64,000 nucleotides of DNA from Perkinsela sp. CCAP 1560/9 (GCA_965644495.1 CBFFSA010000001.1:1116001-1180000); one strand, 5' to 3'. Numbered from the stretch's first letter, positions 35,199 through 46,498 are shown. Notes: generated by a model not told the origin, from the sequence alone. Translations and numbers: made by a program.

Positions 35199-36401
35199 AT
35201 GCGTCGTGCTTCAATATTTCGCAATCTAGAGCAGCTAACCGAAAACTCACCCGTTTCTACTCCACGGAAGCCTCGGGGACTGCATCGCGGGCCTGGTCGT
35301 CGTCAAATAAGTGAAAAAGAAATCGAACAATGGAAATTTATGAAAAAAACTCAACTTCAAAGTATTGCCGAATGGAAAGATCTTGATACATGGAAGCACC
35401 TTCCGAAAGCCAAAAAGCTTTTCGGTAATGAAGCGACAGAAATCGTATGGCCGTATGCCGTGTTATTGGAAAACGAGTGCCACGTACATCCATTTACAAA
35501 GTCGATTTATTGTTATTATTTTCAACATTCTCTGACGCCACGTGGTAAGCGGAGAATTGAGTTAGCTAGGCAGTTTGCACGAGAATGCATGATTCCTATC
35601 ACATTTCATAATGCTCAGTGCTACGTGGAAACTGAAATGCTGCTTGAATACGGTGATCTTCCCTACTTGGTCATTAATTGTCTTGACGAGCGTCAGTTCA
35701 TATTCCCGATCTATGGAGAATCGCGACCACATGAGTTCCATGAAAAAGCTTCTTCGGAAGGTTCTGGATATAAGGAGGATCACGATACACAAGGAAAAAA
35801 TGGACAAGGGAATAATCCTCCAGAGTCTGGTATAAAATCAGAATCCCAAGTGCCGAGCGAATTTTCCTACGGCGGCTTAGAAAACGAAAATTTGCATCTA
35901 TTCAGCACGAATGCCGCGAAGGAGCATCCCGAAGGGAAATTTCCTTTGCATCAATATCAGCACACTGGTCCGTACACCAAAAGGGATTTGTTGCGTGAAG
36001 TCATTGCAGCGACACATTTTCTCGGAAACGGGATACGCGACGTGACGGAAGCCTGGCGTGTGTACAATGAGCGCCCGAACCAAAACCACTACATCCGAGT
36101 TGACTATCAGTGGTTCGGGGAGACTCCGGAGGAGCGCTCTCAGCACACAGTGCAGTTTGACTGGTCTGTTGATAACACCGAGGTAGCGACTCCGCCGTTC
36201 GTCTCCAACCGCCGGTATCGTCGCGCTGCAGCGCTCAATATGACGGATGGGGTAACGGAAATGTTCCCCCGGGCCAAGGGTCGAATGGGGAATTCGGCGA
36301 CTCAAGACAAGAGCACTATGTGGGCCTCCAAGGATAATGACCCCCGTACCTGTGCCGCAGGCTCACGGTGGGGTGCGCCAGCAAGGCACACTCCGAATTA
36401 G
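35199..36401 (+). CDS. Conserved-looking hypothetical protein, probably mitochondrial (possible kinetoplastid mitoribosomal subunit)
   Basis: 400-aa ORF with MRR- targeting-like N-terminus; the functional guess is weak recall only. Confidence 0.65.
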   Translation: MRRASIFRNLEQLTENSPVSTPRKPRGLHRGPGRRQISEKEIEQWKFMKKTQLQSIAEWKDLDTWKHLPKAKKLFGNEATEIVWPYAVLLENECHVHPFTKSIYCYYFQHSLTPRGKRRIELARQFARECMIPITFHNAQCYVETEMLLEYGDLPYLVINCLDERQFIFPIYGESRPHEFHEKASSEGSGYKEDHDTQGKNGQGNNPPESGIKSESQVPSEFSYGGLENENLHLFSTNAAKEHPEGKFPLHQYQHTGPYTKRDLLREVIAATHFLGNGIRDVTEAWRVYNERPNQNHYIRVDYQWFGETPEERSQHTVQFDWSVDNTEVATPPFVSNRRYRRAAALNMTDGVTEMFPRAKGRMGNSATQDKSTMWASKDNDPRTCAAGSRWGAPARHTPN

Positions 36402-36611
36402 TGCATCGTATGCTATATGAGTAACTATTTCACATAAAGAGAAAATGTACAGAGAAAATTCGTAAAGCTGTAATTTAGATAGTTTCTTCCTTTGTTTTCG
36501 GAGAATAAAAACGCTCTCTGCCCCTTTCGAAACCGAGAGTCGGTAAAACAGCTTTTCTGAAAGTCGGATGTGGACTCCTCTGACCTCCAGTGACTGCCAA
36601 GATTGCAGGTA

Positions 36612-36720
36612 CTGTACCCCCCCTACTTAATTGTCACCCCTCTACCCCCCCTATTTAATTGTCCTTTTTGACAGAGCCTTGGGCACGAGGCGTCGCGAAG
36701 CGGCGCCGATTTTTTTTTTT
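36612..36720. mobile_element. Tc1-type terminal fragment (TA-CTGTACCCCCCC)
   Basis: Same terminal pattern as 20136 and 32878, followed by the GCGAAGC hairpin and a T run. Confidence 0.55.
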
Positions 36721-37122
36721 CTAGTGTAATGTGATATACGTCCCACGAGTACCTTATTACATCTTGTTACACAGTATTTGACTCATTTTTTACTCTTTTG
36801 AACTGATGGTTCTCCGAGGTAGGAGCCGATTGCGGGCTGGTATGATGACTAACCCGTCCAGCCAATCCCTTTCATTTCTTTTCCTACCGGAAAATGGTAA
36901 CCCCTCAGTTGACTTCCATTCATCTTTCTCTCTTCCGGAAAACGTTAATGCTCCCGGTGATGTCCCTTCATCTCTCCCCTTCCTGGAAATAGTAACCTTC
37001 CCTCAGAGCCCCATTCATCGGACACGGGAACTACCTCGAATGAACAACGGGTTACTGGTCCTCTTGGACGTTGGGTGACAATACGGCCTCCTGTCTCTCG
37101 GGTAGGGCCCCTAGAAAATCCT

Positions 37123-38553
37123 CTAGACTAGAGGATTCAATGCCTGCATCCACCGCGATGCCAAAAAATGCGCACGAGTCAATTTCAATGCATAGCTTTG
37201 TCCATATTTCGTGAACGATGGCTCGGCTGTCATCGTTGACAAACTTTTTGGGAGATGTTTCTCGAGCATCTGAGAGTCAACAGCTGGTCGCAATTGCTCC
37301 ATTTTTTTAATGAGCCAAAGGAATCGAGTTCTAGAAAGGTTCGTAAGGCTTTGTAGACAAGGAACTACCTTTTTCGTAAACCGTTCTACTTGACAAAGGT
37401 CCCCTCTAACGTTTTCCTGATTTTCACCTTTCATAATGCACTTCCTTCTGTGCTCAAGATAATGATTTTTTGTTTTGCAGTGAGACTCGAACGTATATCC
37501 TTCACCTACTACTATTTCATTGGGAAATAAATAATATATCAATGAAAACTATGTACATGTACATGGGTCTGTATTATGCTTTGCAGCTTCATAAATCGTA
37601 GGGTGCTTCCTCTTCTGAATTTCTCTTAGCTCTTCTGCCCCGTTCGAGAGGCAGGTTACTCCCGGCATCGACGTGTTGCGAGGAATCGTTTGGCATGGAG
37701 GCTCGAACCCGCTTTGCAATCCGGCGGCGTTGCGTACTGAAAAAAGGAAGCAGTAACAAGATTTCTAGCTCGTTTTAATCAGAATTGCTTCTTATTCACT
37801 TCATTATACACTTCTTATTCACGTGGAGAGCCGATACATGCATTATGGTACCCAACCAGGTATACCATTTTATAAAATTGTTGATTTTATGCACAACGGC
37901 ATATCCTCCACAGAAGGGCTGTGTGAGAGCTCTCGAATGCGCTATTATTTTCCAAAATTGGCCAAGCTTTGCAAATTTTAGACCCCCCCAGCATTAGCTG
38001 ATCCCCCCTGTATAATATAAAGTCCCCCCCACCCCTTAAGCGCACCCGGTCAGACTCCCCCGTTTAAGCGCACAAAGAGTTGAAGGAAAGAGCCCGGCGC
38101 CGCGAAGCGGCGCCAATTCTTTTTTTACGTAGTGATTCTTCTTCTTCTTCTTCTACGTAGTGATTCAGACCCCCCGTTTAAGCGCACTTTTCGCGGAAAA
38201 CGAGGTGCGCTTAAACGGGGCGGGACAGTAATTTTAAATATGAAATGCTTATGAAATAATTGATCCACAGCAATTAAACAAAAAAATGTTCATTCACAGG
38301 AAACGTAAAGACATAAGGATGTATCACGGAGTCAGTACCTTTTGTGCCTACTTGACTTACATACAATTCTGTATGTATATTCTGTAGTACTTGACATATC
38401 TTGAAAGAGGAAACAAATGTATATGCGGAAGAAATTAGGTGGCTACCTCTCATGCTATGCTATAAACCCCGCTCTTTTTTATAGCTCGTACGGTACCCGA
38501 TATAGTGGGTACAGGCGGGTACGTACCCGCCGTACCCGGTCAAGGTATGTCTA
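37123..38553 (-). mobile_element. 5' part of a hAT-like element (left end plus transposase N-terminus 37123-37542)
   Basis: ORF aligns with the N-terminus of 54624 (TFESHC / TFQSHC; VERFTKKVVPCLQSLTNL / VQRFTGKVLPCLQTLTNL); TAG-starting end with GGGTAC/GTACCC repeats at 38488-38553. Confidence 0.6.
38020..38228. mobile_element. MITE of the 20136 family
   Basis: Repeated TTAAGCGCAC motifs; right end GTGCGCTTAAACGGGGCGGGACAG-TA. Confidence 0.65.
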
Positions 38554-38653
38554 GTGGGGCCCATCGTGAACTTTTGGTGTCTCCGTTGGACCTACGCTTA
38601 CACAAGAGGATTCCAATTAAAGTGTTTTTCCGACTGTTCTATCAACCTATGGG

Positions 38654-39031
38654 CTAGTCTTTTCTCCAACATAGGGGAGAGGGGCATGTTGCCTCCTTCC
38701 GAGGTAAGTGTAGACAATAGGCCCCTAACGTCCAGCAACTAGACTCGGGCATGTCTTCTAGCTGTCGCCATACGAGTGCAGTACGGAATGATCCCAAGGT
38801 TCCTGGGCGATAGAACCTGGAGAGGCTCACGCAGAGGGCCAAGAAGGGTTCTTCGGTGATATTAGCAATGCCGTGTACCTCGAGTAATTGCTCTAGCCGA
38901 ATGAAGTACGTTCTTTTTTCAGCCGTTGGCGCTACTGCATATTGCGAGAGTCCACGACGAACTCTGTTCCGCATGTTCTCACGATAGCGTTCTTTGATTA
39001 CGGTTTCTGATACAGGCCTCCGGGTGGGCAT
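38654..39031 (-). pseudogene. Possible N-terminal (core-binding) fragment of a retroelement tyrosine recombinase
   Basis: Helical pattern ..TY...LEQ...ITEE.FL....YRPGTLGSFRTAL; weak. Confidence 0.35.
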
Positions 39032-39108
39032 TTCCTTTCATATAAAGGATTTCCTTTGATATAAAAAGGATTTCCTTTGATATAAAAAGGATTTCCTTTG
39101 ATATAAAG
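39030..39108. repeat. Tandem repeat, 21-bp unit ATATAAAAAGGATTTCCTTTG, about 3.5 copies
   Basis: Read directly; each unit contains the AAAGGA/TCCTTT mini-palindrome. Confidence 0.85.
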
Positions 39109-40176
39109 GGTTTATAGTTGAGTGAATTACAATAGGAAACCGCTTGCTTTTCTTGAGACTGGTTTGTAAAGTAATGCATAGATGTGACTTTATCAGATGA
39201 CCACTGCGACAATGAACCCATTTGTTCTGGATGTGTATTATACACTACGCCATACAGCTTCTAGGAATACACTGTATGTCAAAGAGTAACCCATCACGTA
39301 TAAGTGTGGAATAGGCCATTGCACTGATGATTGAATGTGCTCTAAAATAACTAGGTATCAAATGTAGTTTCCAACTAACTACATACTGTAGTTCATAACT
39401 CTTTAGCGTAACCAATCCAGGAAGAAACTTGAGGAATTTCAGAAGCAAAAAGTTGTACATTCGTAGCGCAGTCTGATACCGACGATTGGCATAATAAATC
39501 TGCATAATTTATCTGCCTATGCGACGCGAAAAGAAGCCCACAAATAAACTGCACGCTACGTATCTAACTGATCTAACACGCAGCTCTTCTGGGTTGTCAA
39601 AGCGAACTACACATTCTTTTAATCCCATTGTGTCTTGATCTTTTTATGACACTTTGTCTCTTTCTAAGCACTTCAGAAGGAATGAACATCATAATCTTCA
39701 CGTCGAGTTGTCGGGGACTGCTTTGAAGATTCCGCCCTGTGGGAAACTTCGTCGAAGACGCCTTTGTGCTGACCGAGGATCCATTGCAAATGATGCTGCC
39801 TGGTTTGCCCGATTCACTTGAAAAAAGTGCGTGAGCGGCCAAACAATTGACAATTTTTTCGTTGGGTTGCTCTTCAGTGTCGTTCAGCATTATCTTTTCC
39901 AGCTCTTCTGGCGTTACTATGGCCCCATAGTATGGGGCGGCTAAACTGAAGCAAAATTCGGTTTTTTCGCTTTTTTCATAAATCTGTTCAAAAATTGCTC
40001 AAAAAATGTTGAAAAACTTAAACTGACAACTTAGGTTTAAAGTGCGGAAGGGGTGAAAACTTCCATCTAGGGGGGGGGGTCTAAAATTTGTAAAAACTTT
40101 TCAATTTTGGAAAATAATAGCGCACTCGAGAGCTCTCATAGAGTTGTGTGTCTTCGTGTTGGTAGCTTTTAACATA

Positions 40177-41300
40177 CTGTGACCCCCCTTTATACTTCGC
40201 TGGTCAGCCCCCCCCCTTTATACTTCGTTTTTTGTGTGCCCCCCCCCGAAGGGGGGCGATTTTTTTAAAACTTTTCGTATTTTTTTCTAAACAATTTAGA
40301 AAAAAGCAGGAACGTTCTAGAATTTAGCACCTTCTCTTCTAGAAATGGAAGGTGATATAGGAGGAAAGACGGGAAAACTGGATGACGTATCAAAGTGGAA
40401 GTACAAATGCCGGATAGGTCAAAAACACGAATTGTCACATAAAAATGATGCAAAAAAGTTAAAAAATAACGTTTTTCCCCAAGAAGATTGTTAGTAACCC
40501 CTTTTAGTATCCGCACTGTGCACCGTGCTTTTCTACAACGCTTTCTGAAGCGTTTTAGCGTATTCTCAAATTTAGATCTTTGTTCTGTCTTAAGTTTACC
40601 ATAGGAAACATGAATTGCGGAGAGTAATTGTTGTTGATTTTTGGGTTGAATTTGGTCCTTTATCCCGTCCATTATTGACCAAAGATTCTCTATGGGGTTT
40701 AGATCGGGGGATTGTGCTGGAGCCAAGAATAACCCTTTTCTTGGGCAGCGGCACGATCCTTATTATGTGCCGGGCAATTGTCCATCACTATTGTCTCCTT
40801 AAATATTAGAACAGACCCCCCCCCTCTTTTTCATGGCTTGGTAAAAAAATTGTCCCTTTACCGTTACTTTGTTTCCTTGAGAATCATGGGTAGGAAAAAC
40901 GTGTAAATCAAACCCATGCTTTAAGCTCACCCCCATCCAAACCATAATACCTTCTCCACCATGATAGGGTTCCAATTCCCCTGTTTGTTCTTTGGGGGGG
41001 TCAGATTTTCGGTAAAGGTACGTGGGTCGGGTGGATCTTTTGCACGTAAAAAATTTTACATCGCAGAAAATAATATTTTCCAGCGCAGCGTCGCTCCACT
41101 GTAGCATTTCAGTGGCAAATTGCACTGTGCGCTCCTTATGATTATTAGATAAGAAAGGGGTCTTTAAAGCTGTTCTGAGTACAATCTTTTCTTTTGAGTT
41201 TTTCAACATGTTCCTTAGGCATGTTATTGAACATGTGAAGCCACGTCGCTTTACCTCTCTCCAGAGCTCGCTCCAAGTGGAGATACCATAAGGAAGGGGT
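40177..41300 (-). mobile_element. Degenerate Tc1/mariner element
   Basis: IIFCDVKFF, IMVWMGVS, MDNCPAH, AQSPDLNPIENLW in broken frames; TA-CTGTGACCCCCC end at 40177. Confidence 0.8.
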
Positions 41301-41519
41301 CACCTTATGTAAGCGTCATCAATAAACTTAGGCCTAAAATGTGGACACTATACATACGCAAGCGCAATGCTATACATGCTATACATGTATGTATACGCAA
41401 GCGCAATTCTCTTTGCGCTCTGGAGCCTGGGGAAGCCAAGAGCTGGACTGTATGTACTTCAGTGTTTGTTTAGCGCTTCGCTGCGCCCTTCCCGGCAATA
41501 GTGGACCCGCCTTCTCATA

Positions 41520-41756
41520 CATCCCTTCTATACCTTTGCAAGACTTCGTGCACTTCCATTTTTCACCATTGATTTCCATAGTGTGGTCAGTCGTATGATT
41601 TCGTCTGCAACATATGACCTTTTGTGTCACCAACTTATGATTTTGTAGCCACTCCACGCACTGCTTTTCGGTCCAAGTTCCAATCTTACTTATTGTTAGC
41701 TTTCGCCGACAAGCAAGCCCAACACATGCCGTGAAAGGCATGGAAAGATAGACCAA
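41520..41756 (-). pseudogene. Possible Merlin/ISXO2-like transposase N-terminal zinc ribbon fragment
   Basis: EKQCVEWLQNHKL...C...M...WKCTKSC pattern; no catalytic domain seen. Confidence 0.4.
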
Positions 41757-42469
41757 GTAACTGAAAATGACGAAAAGAATAGCGAAAAACTCAAGAAAAC
41801 ACGAATAAGATCTCTGGATAAGTATTTTCTACAATCAGAGAATTTGATGGACAAAAACTGAAAAACCCCGAATTTTGCTTCAGTTTCACCTATGGGGCCT
41901 TCCTCACCGATGAGACAATAATAGGGCACCGAGCTTGCATAGTAACGCCCAGACGGACAGTCGGGCATCTTCATTTTCCAAATGCGGAATACGAGACCCT
42001 GGAGGGACACTCACCATCTGCTTTGCGCAGTACATAGCATTTGGCTTGTCCCCAACTGCGCTGCGAACTTTAGTTTTTAAGAACGAAGTCATCCATGGCT
42101 CGGTACTGAGGCTAGCTTGCAGGAGGCATTCGTGTAGATGAACCCCGCACGTAGGATCGCTACGAGTGCCGATGACATCCTGGAATGCGGACTGAATATC
42201 CGTAAGTGACCGCGATGATTCCTCCTTCGGATCCTTTCGGAGAGATTCCCCTTACAGGACGTTGGATGTCATACCAAATGGACTAACTGGGTTCGAATCC
42301 CGAGTCTTACGTTTTTAGGCACAGCGATTTGCGCCCGAATCGAGGATAAGGGGGACTGGACCCCCTTTTCACACCCTCCTCGATCCACCCTACCCCGGAC
42401 ACCATAAAGAAGGGAGAGCAAGAGGTTGTAAACAACCCCCGCAATGTATTCTTTTCCTCTTTGTATTTC

Positions 42470-42626
42470 CTCCTTATATTTTCACTGTTTTTGTTCACTT
42501 TTTTTTCAATAATCGAGGGTAGAGCGGTAATAAACGCGGGGGTAGTTTTCAACGCGAAGCGCGCAGCATGAGTGACTTCTAAGTTGAAAACAACCACCTC
42601 GTTTAACGAAGAGTCTAAAAAAGATA
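42470..42626. mobile_element. Helentron-like family: left end fused directly to the terminal palindrome
   Basis: Reverse left end at 42470-42528 abuts the palindrome at 42530-42625. Confidence 0.65.
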
Positions 42627-42819
42627 AATTACTCCGTTCTCAAGATTTATAAATGCTTCTCAAGAGCTTCCCTGAAAACGGGAATTTTAAACTTCACTCC
42701 CCACTTATAGTATAGTATAGTACGTTTCGGTCAAAAACCGCGGCAATTTGCGGGGGGCATAGTATCTGCAGTGCTTTCAATATAAATTAAGTCTCTTTTG
42801 GTCCGTATTCGCACCAATA

Positions 42820-44400
42820 ATGCACGTGACGTTTCCAATTGATTCCTTTGCGGAGGAAAAATGTCAAGCGCGTCGCGTTTCCTACTCTATTACTTTTACT
42901 GTCCTTCCCGTAGTCATCCTCCTATTTGGGATCGAGGTTACTAATTTAGTGGACTGTGCGAAAATTGACTCTAACACCAGACCTTCGCTACCCGGTAAAA
43001 TGAAAGCCTCCTCTAAAAATGTCTTGCAAATGTCGAGAGAAAGTTCAACGGCATCTGGTATGAATACGCAGAAGCGCGAAACAGAAACTTTTGATTTTGT
43101 GGGGACACAGTCCTCGGAAGAGGGCGACGACTCGTCCTTACGAATGGTCAGCGATAAACACTTCATAAATTCCACCTCACTGCCATATCATCCCCACAGT
43201 CCCACAGCGCCAGACGAATTATCAAGCGAGGAGGGCACAACTCTCCCAACAGCTAAAGACGTTGTTTTCGCCTCCTCTCCTTTATTCGATGGGCGAAACG
43301 ACACGCAGCAATCTCACCTTGCTTCCGACTTCCCCACCCATATGATCTCTGAAAGACCATCTCCTCCTCTCCCCGGTCACCTCCCCACCCACCCCCGCTC
43401 ACGACTTCCCAAACGTGAAACCAAACAACGCTCCCCCCCTCACCTTCGTCCCTCCCCCACCTCCCCCCTTACCCATCCCCCACCCCCTACCTCCACCCCC
43501 TACCTCCGCAACCTTCTCCTCGACCCCTTCCGTTTCTGGGCACAACTCAACACCTACTGGTGGGGAGCCCCACCCGTCCCCCAACACCCCGAGCGCCAAG
43601 GCTACACCCGGACCCGGCACATCCCCCCCGAGCGGCTTAACGCTCTTCACACCGTTCCCCCCTCTTCTTCTTCTTCCTCTCCTGGACGCCCCTACACCCT
43701 GGACTACCCCCACTGTACCCTCACGCTCTACGCCCCCCGCTACCTCTCCGAGGGGTACGCTGCCGGTCGACTGGCCTATCTCGGGTCCCCCGCGACCCTC
43801 GAGGCGGTTCGTACGCACCCGGAACTCGCCATGGCGGCCTCCGCCACGCTGAGCGGCAGAGCCCTCCCGATGGCGATCTACCCCGTGCGTGGGGAGTGGT
43901 ACTACCTGAGACTGGAACACGTGTTCTATGACCTGGAGTTACCGAGGGGGCTGTGGGAGAGCCCGTGTACGGTACTCCCACGAGAGGAGGAGAGGGAGGG
44001 GATGCGGGAGAGGGTGCGGCCCCGGGGGTGTATGGCGTGTCTGTGCAGTGGGTTGTGTGGGGGAGGGGGGGGAGGGGGGTGGTCCGCGTGGTGGTCGCGA
44101 CCGTGGGAGATTGAGGCGGCGTATGGGAAGGTGGATCCGAGTAGGTTGACGTTGTGTGCGGTGGAGATTCCGGAGGTGTGGCAGCGTCAGGTGCGTCGGG
44201 CGCATGGGTATTATGTGAAGGGGTGGTCGAGGACGCGGCAGCGGGATGAGGTTCCGTTGCCAGGGATTGATTTGTATTATGATGAAGAGAAGGATGGGTT
44301 CTCGCAAAACCACGTCACGGTAGATCAGCGGTTGTATCATGGAATGTACCGGGATTTGAAGTACTATCTCACTTGTCCAGTCCAGTTTAAGGACGGGTAG
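42820..44400 (+). CDS. Hypothetical protein (Pro/Ser-rich N-half, globular C-half)
   Basis: 526-aa ORF on the coding strand; true start may be downstream. Confidence 0.65.
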   Translation: MHVTFPIDSFAEEKCQARRVSYSITFTVLPVVILLFGIEVTNLVDCAKIDSNTRPSLPGKMKASSKNVLQMSRESSTASGMNTQKRETETFDFVGTQSSEEGDDSSLRMVSDKHFINSTSLPYHPHSPTAPDELSSEEGTTLPTAKDVVFASSPLFDGRNDTQQSHLASDFPTHMISERPSPPLPGHLPTHPRSRLPKRETKQRSPPHLRPSPTSPLTHPPPPTSTPYLRNLLLDPFRFWAQLNTYWWGAPPVPQHPERQGYTRTRHIPPERLNALHTVPPSSSSSSPGRPYTLDYPHCTLTLYAPRYLSEGYAAGRLAYLGSPATLEAVRTHPELAMAASATLSGRALPMAIYPVRGEWYYLRLEHVFYDLELPRGLWESPCTVLPREEEREGMRERVRPRGCMACLCSGLCGGGGGGGWSAWWSRPWEIEAAYGKVDPSRLTLCAVEIPEVWQRQVRRAHGYYVKGWSRTRQRDEVPLPGIDLYYDEEKDGFSQNHVTVDQRLYHGMYRDLKYYLTCPVQFKDG

Positions 44401-44770
44401 TAAGGACAAGAGGTGGGGACAAGAGGTGGGGAGGGGATTCTGCATTTGCTCGTACTTGGGACTTTTGATAATCCGGATTCAGCCTTGCAAAGTCGTCATA
44501 TGGGCAAATGTTGCTGTAAATATAGTGAGATGGGCAATTATTTAGTCTTGCCTTTGGAATTGTAGGTATCTAGGTATATATTAAATATTATCTAGGTATC
44601 TGTATATTTTACACCCGTACTTTTACTCTGTGTGTCGCTGTGTGTATTGTGCTGTATAATGGTATTGGCATCATATTTTCTACGTCTAGTTGTATAATGC
44701 ATGATGTCCTTTAGCACTTTGTTGTTATTTTTTGCAGTGTCTTGTCACGAGGATCTTCTTCAATGAAATA

Positions 44771-46498
44771 ATGGACGTTACGAAATCAAACTTCTTAGCC
44801 GTAGAACGCGAATTTGGTGAGCTTCTAGAGCGAAGCGAATTTGTGGCCTTGGATGCCGAAATGACTGGAATTACGTTACCTGACTTGAAGGAATCATGTT
44901 TCGATAGCCCTTCTAAGAGTTATTCTACGAAAAGAAAAGTTGCAGAGACCTACGGTCTCATACAAATTGGTCTATGTTTGTTTGAGAGACGGACATTAGC
45001 AAACAACGATACAGACGTTATTTTGGCCCGTCCATTCAACTTCTTCGTATTCCCAAGCGGCGATATCGAACGGCGAGCCACCCGCAGTCTAGTGTTGGAA
45101 CCCGAGGCGATTCATTTTAATAGGCACCACAACATGGATTTTCAAAAGTGGATTTATGAGGGTGTGGGTTATTGCACGGCCTCAGAAGAGGCACGGCACT
45201 TTCAGGCGCTATGTGATTCCCTGAGTCCTAAACCGGGAAGCTCTATTGATTGTGAAAATCCAGAAGTCCAACCTGTACGGGAGAGAATAGAATCCTGGTT
45301 GCGAGACTCTGAAAGTGCTGAATTGCCGCTCCCAGAAGTTCAGGATAGATCGCTTCAGAAGCTTGTTGAGCGACATATTCAGGCGTTGCAGCTTGATGTT
45401 AGATTTTTTCAGCGGAACAAGTTTTGGATTGCAAGTAGGCAAGACCGGAGTTCTCAAATTCAGAAAGCAATTGAGAAGCACCTTTCTTTTGTTGGTTTTC
45501 GTAAGATTTACAAAACTCTTGTGGAGTCGAAGAAACCAATAGTTGGGCACAACCTTCTCATGGATCTGTTGTTTCTGATCGCTCATATGGACGGCATTGT
45601 TCCGGAGGACATTGAATCACTGCAGCGCTACGCGAAAGAAAATTTTCCCGCCATTTGGGACACTAAAATACTTGCTTCTTCGTGCGGATTGCTTCCGCTT
45701 TTTGAGTCAACCGCTCTACAAAATTTATTTACTTATTTTCTGGCTGAAGAAGAGAAAGCCCAAAAGCTTGCTAGAACAAAGGAATCCGATCCTCCCTTTC
45801 CTCAAGTCCTAGAATCCCCTCATCACATTCAATTATCTCCAGTTCCGGGGATTGAGTTTCCACTAGGTTTCGAACGCTATGCCGAAGCTCTAAAGAAACG
45901 TTCCGAGCGGCGCGCCCAACCGGCACTTGCCCACGAGGCGGCATTTGACGCTCTCTGTACAGGATACGTTTTCGAACAGTTCCGAAAGCGTGTCACGGTC
46001 TCAATGCTATCAAAGTATCAAAATAGTATGGTATTGTTTCGGTCACTCTATTACATTCACCTTGCAAAAGGATATCAATGGATGCCTTCCACTCATGTGT
46101 TTCGCTTGGAGTACGCGGAGGAGGTATCTGATATTGAAGCTGCTGCCTCTCTGTTGCCGCTTAAAGGAAAGATCGAGTGGGCACAGAGCCAATCTGCTGT
46201 AGCCTATGTGGATCCAAGCCACAGTGTGAGCGATGTCCTCGCGCACTATCAGAAACACCGACTACGTATTAAATGCACAGAGGTTTTGCCTGATTCGATT
46301 AACGACAACACTACTCCATTCGCTCCACTCTTTGACAACAAACCTCTGAAGCCCACGTTGCCCACGGCAAGATCCGTGAACAATGTCAACGTTGCACCCC
46401 AACAGGCGTTGTTTCGCGCTTCCCCAGCGACGAAGCCTGGACTGCAACTTCCTTCACTCCGCGTTGCTGCGCAGAATTTCCTACGTAGGTGGTTATAA
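44771..46498 (+). CDS. PARN: Poly(A)-specific ribonuclease (CAF1/DEDD family)
   Basis: MDVTKSNF, FVALDAEMTGI, PFNFFVFP, MDFQKWIYEGV, VGHNLLMDL, DTK, HEAAFDALCTG. Confidence 0.9.
   Translation: MDVTKSNFLAVEREFGELLERSEFVALDAEMTGITLPDLKESCFDSPSKSYSTKRKVAETYGLIQIGLCLFERRTLANNDTDVILARPFNFFVFPSGDIERRATRSLVLEPEAIHFNRHHNMDFQKWIYEGVGYCTASEEARHFQALCDSLSPKPGSSIDCENPEVQPVRERIESWLRDSESAELPLPEVQDRSLQKLVERHIQALQLDVRFFQRNKFWIASRQDRSSQIQKAIEKHLSFVGFRKIYKTLVESKKPIVGHNLLMDLLFLIAHMDGIVPEDIESLQRYAKENFPAIWDTKILASSCGLLPLFESTALQNLFTYFLAEEEKAQKLARTKESDPPFPQVLESPHHIQLSPVPGIEFPLGFERYAEALKKRSERRAQPALAHEAAFDALCTGYVFEQFRKRVTVSMLSKYQNSMVLFRSLYYIHLAKGYQWMPSTHVFRLEYAEEVSDIEAAASLLPLKGKIEWAQSQSAVAYVDPSHSVSDVLAHYQKHRLRIKCTEVLPDSINDNTTPFAPLFDNKPLKPTLPTARSVNNVNVAPQQALFRASPATKPGLQLPSLRVAAQNFLRRWL

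Noticed and set aside
36688-36722. GC hairpin plus T run as a bacterial rho-independent terminator, implying bacterial DNA
   Set aside because: It lies inside eukaryotic transposon ends with no bacterial genes nearby; kept only as a hairpin-motif observation.
42280-42307. GGTTCGAATCCC B-box / T-arm suggesting a tRNA gene
   Set aside because: No D-arm, anticodon arm or acceptor stem can be folded.
43399-44445. Long alternative-frame and antisense ORFs over the GC islands (also 46753-47295 and 2156-2764)
   Set aside because: Low-complexity by-products of extreme C/G skew overlapping better-supported + strand genes.
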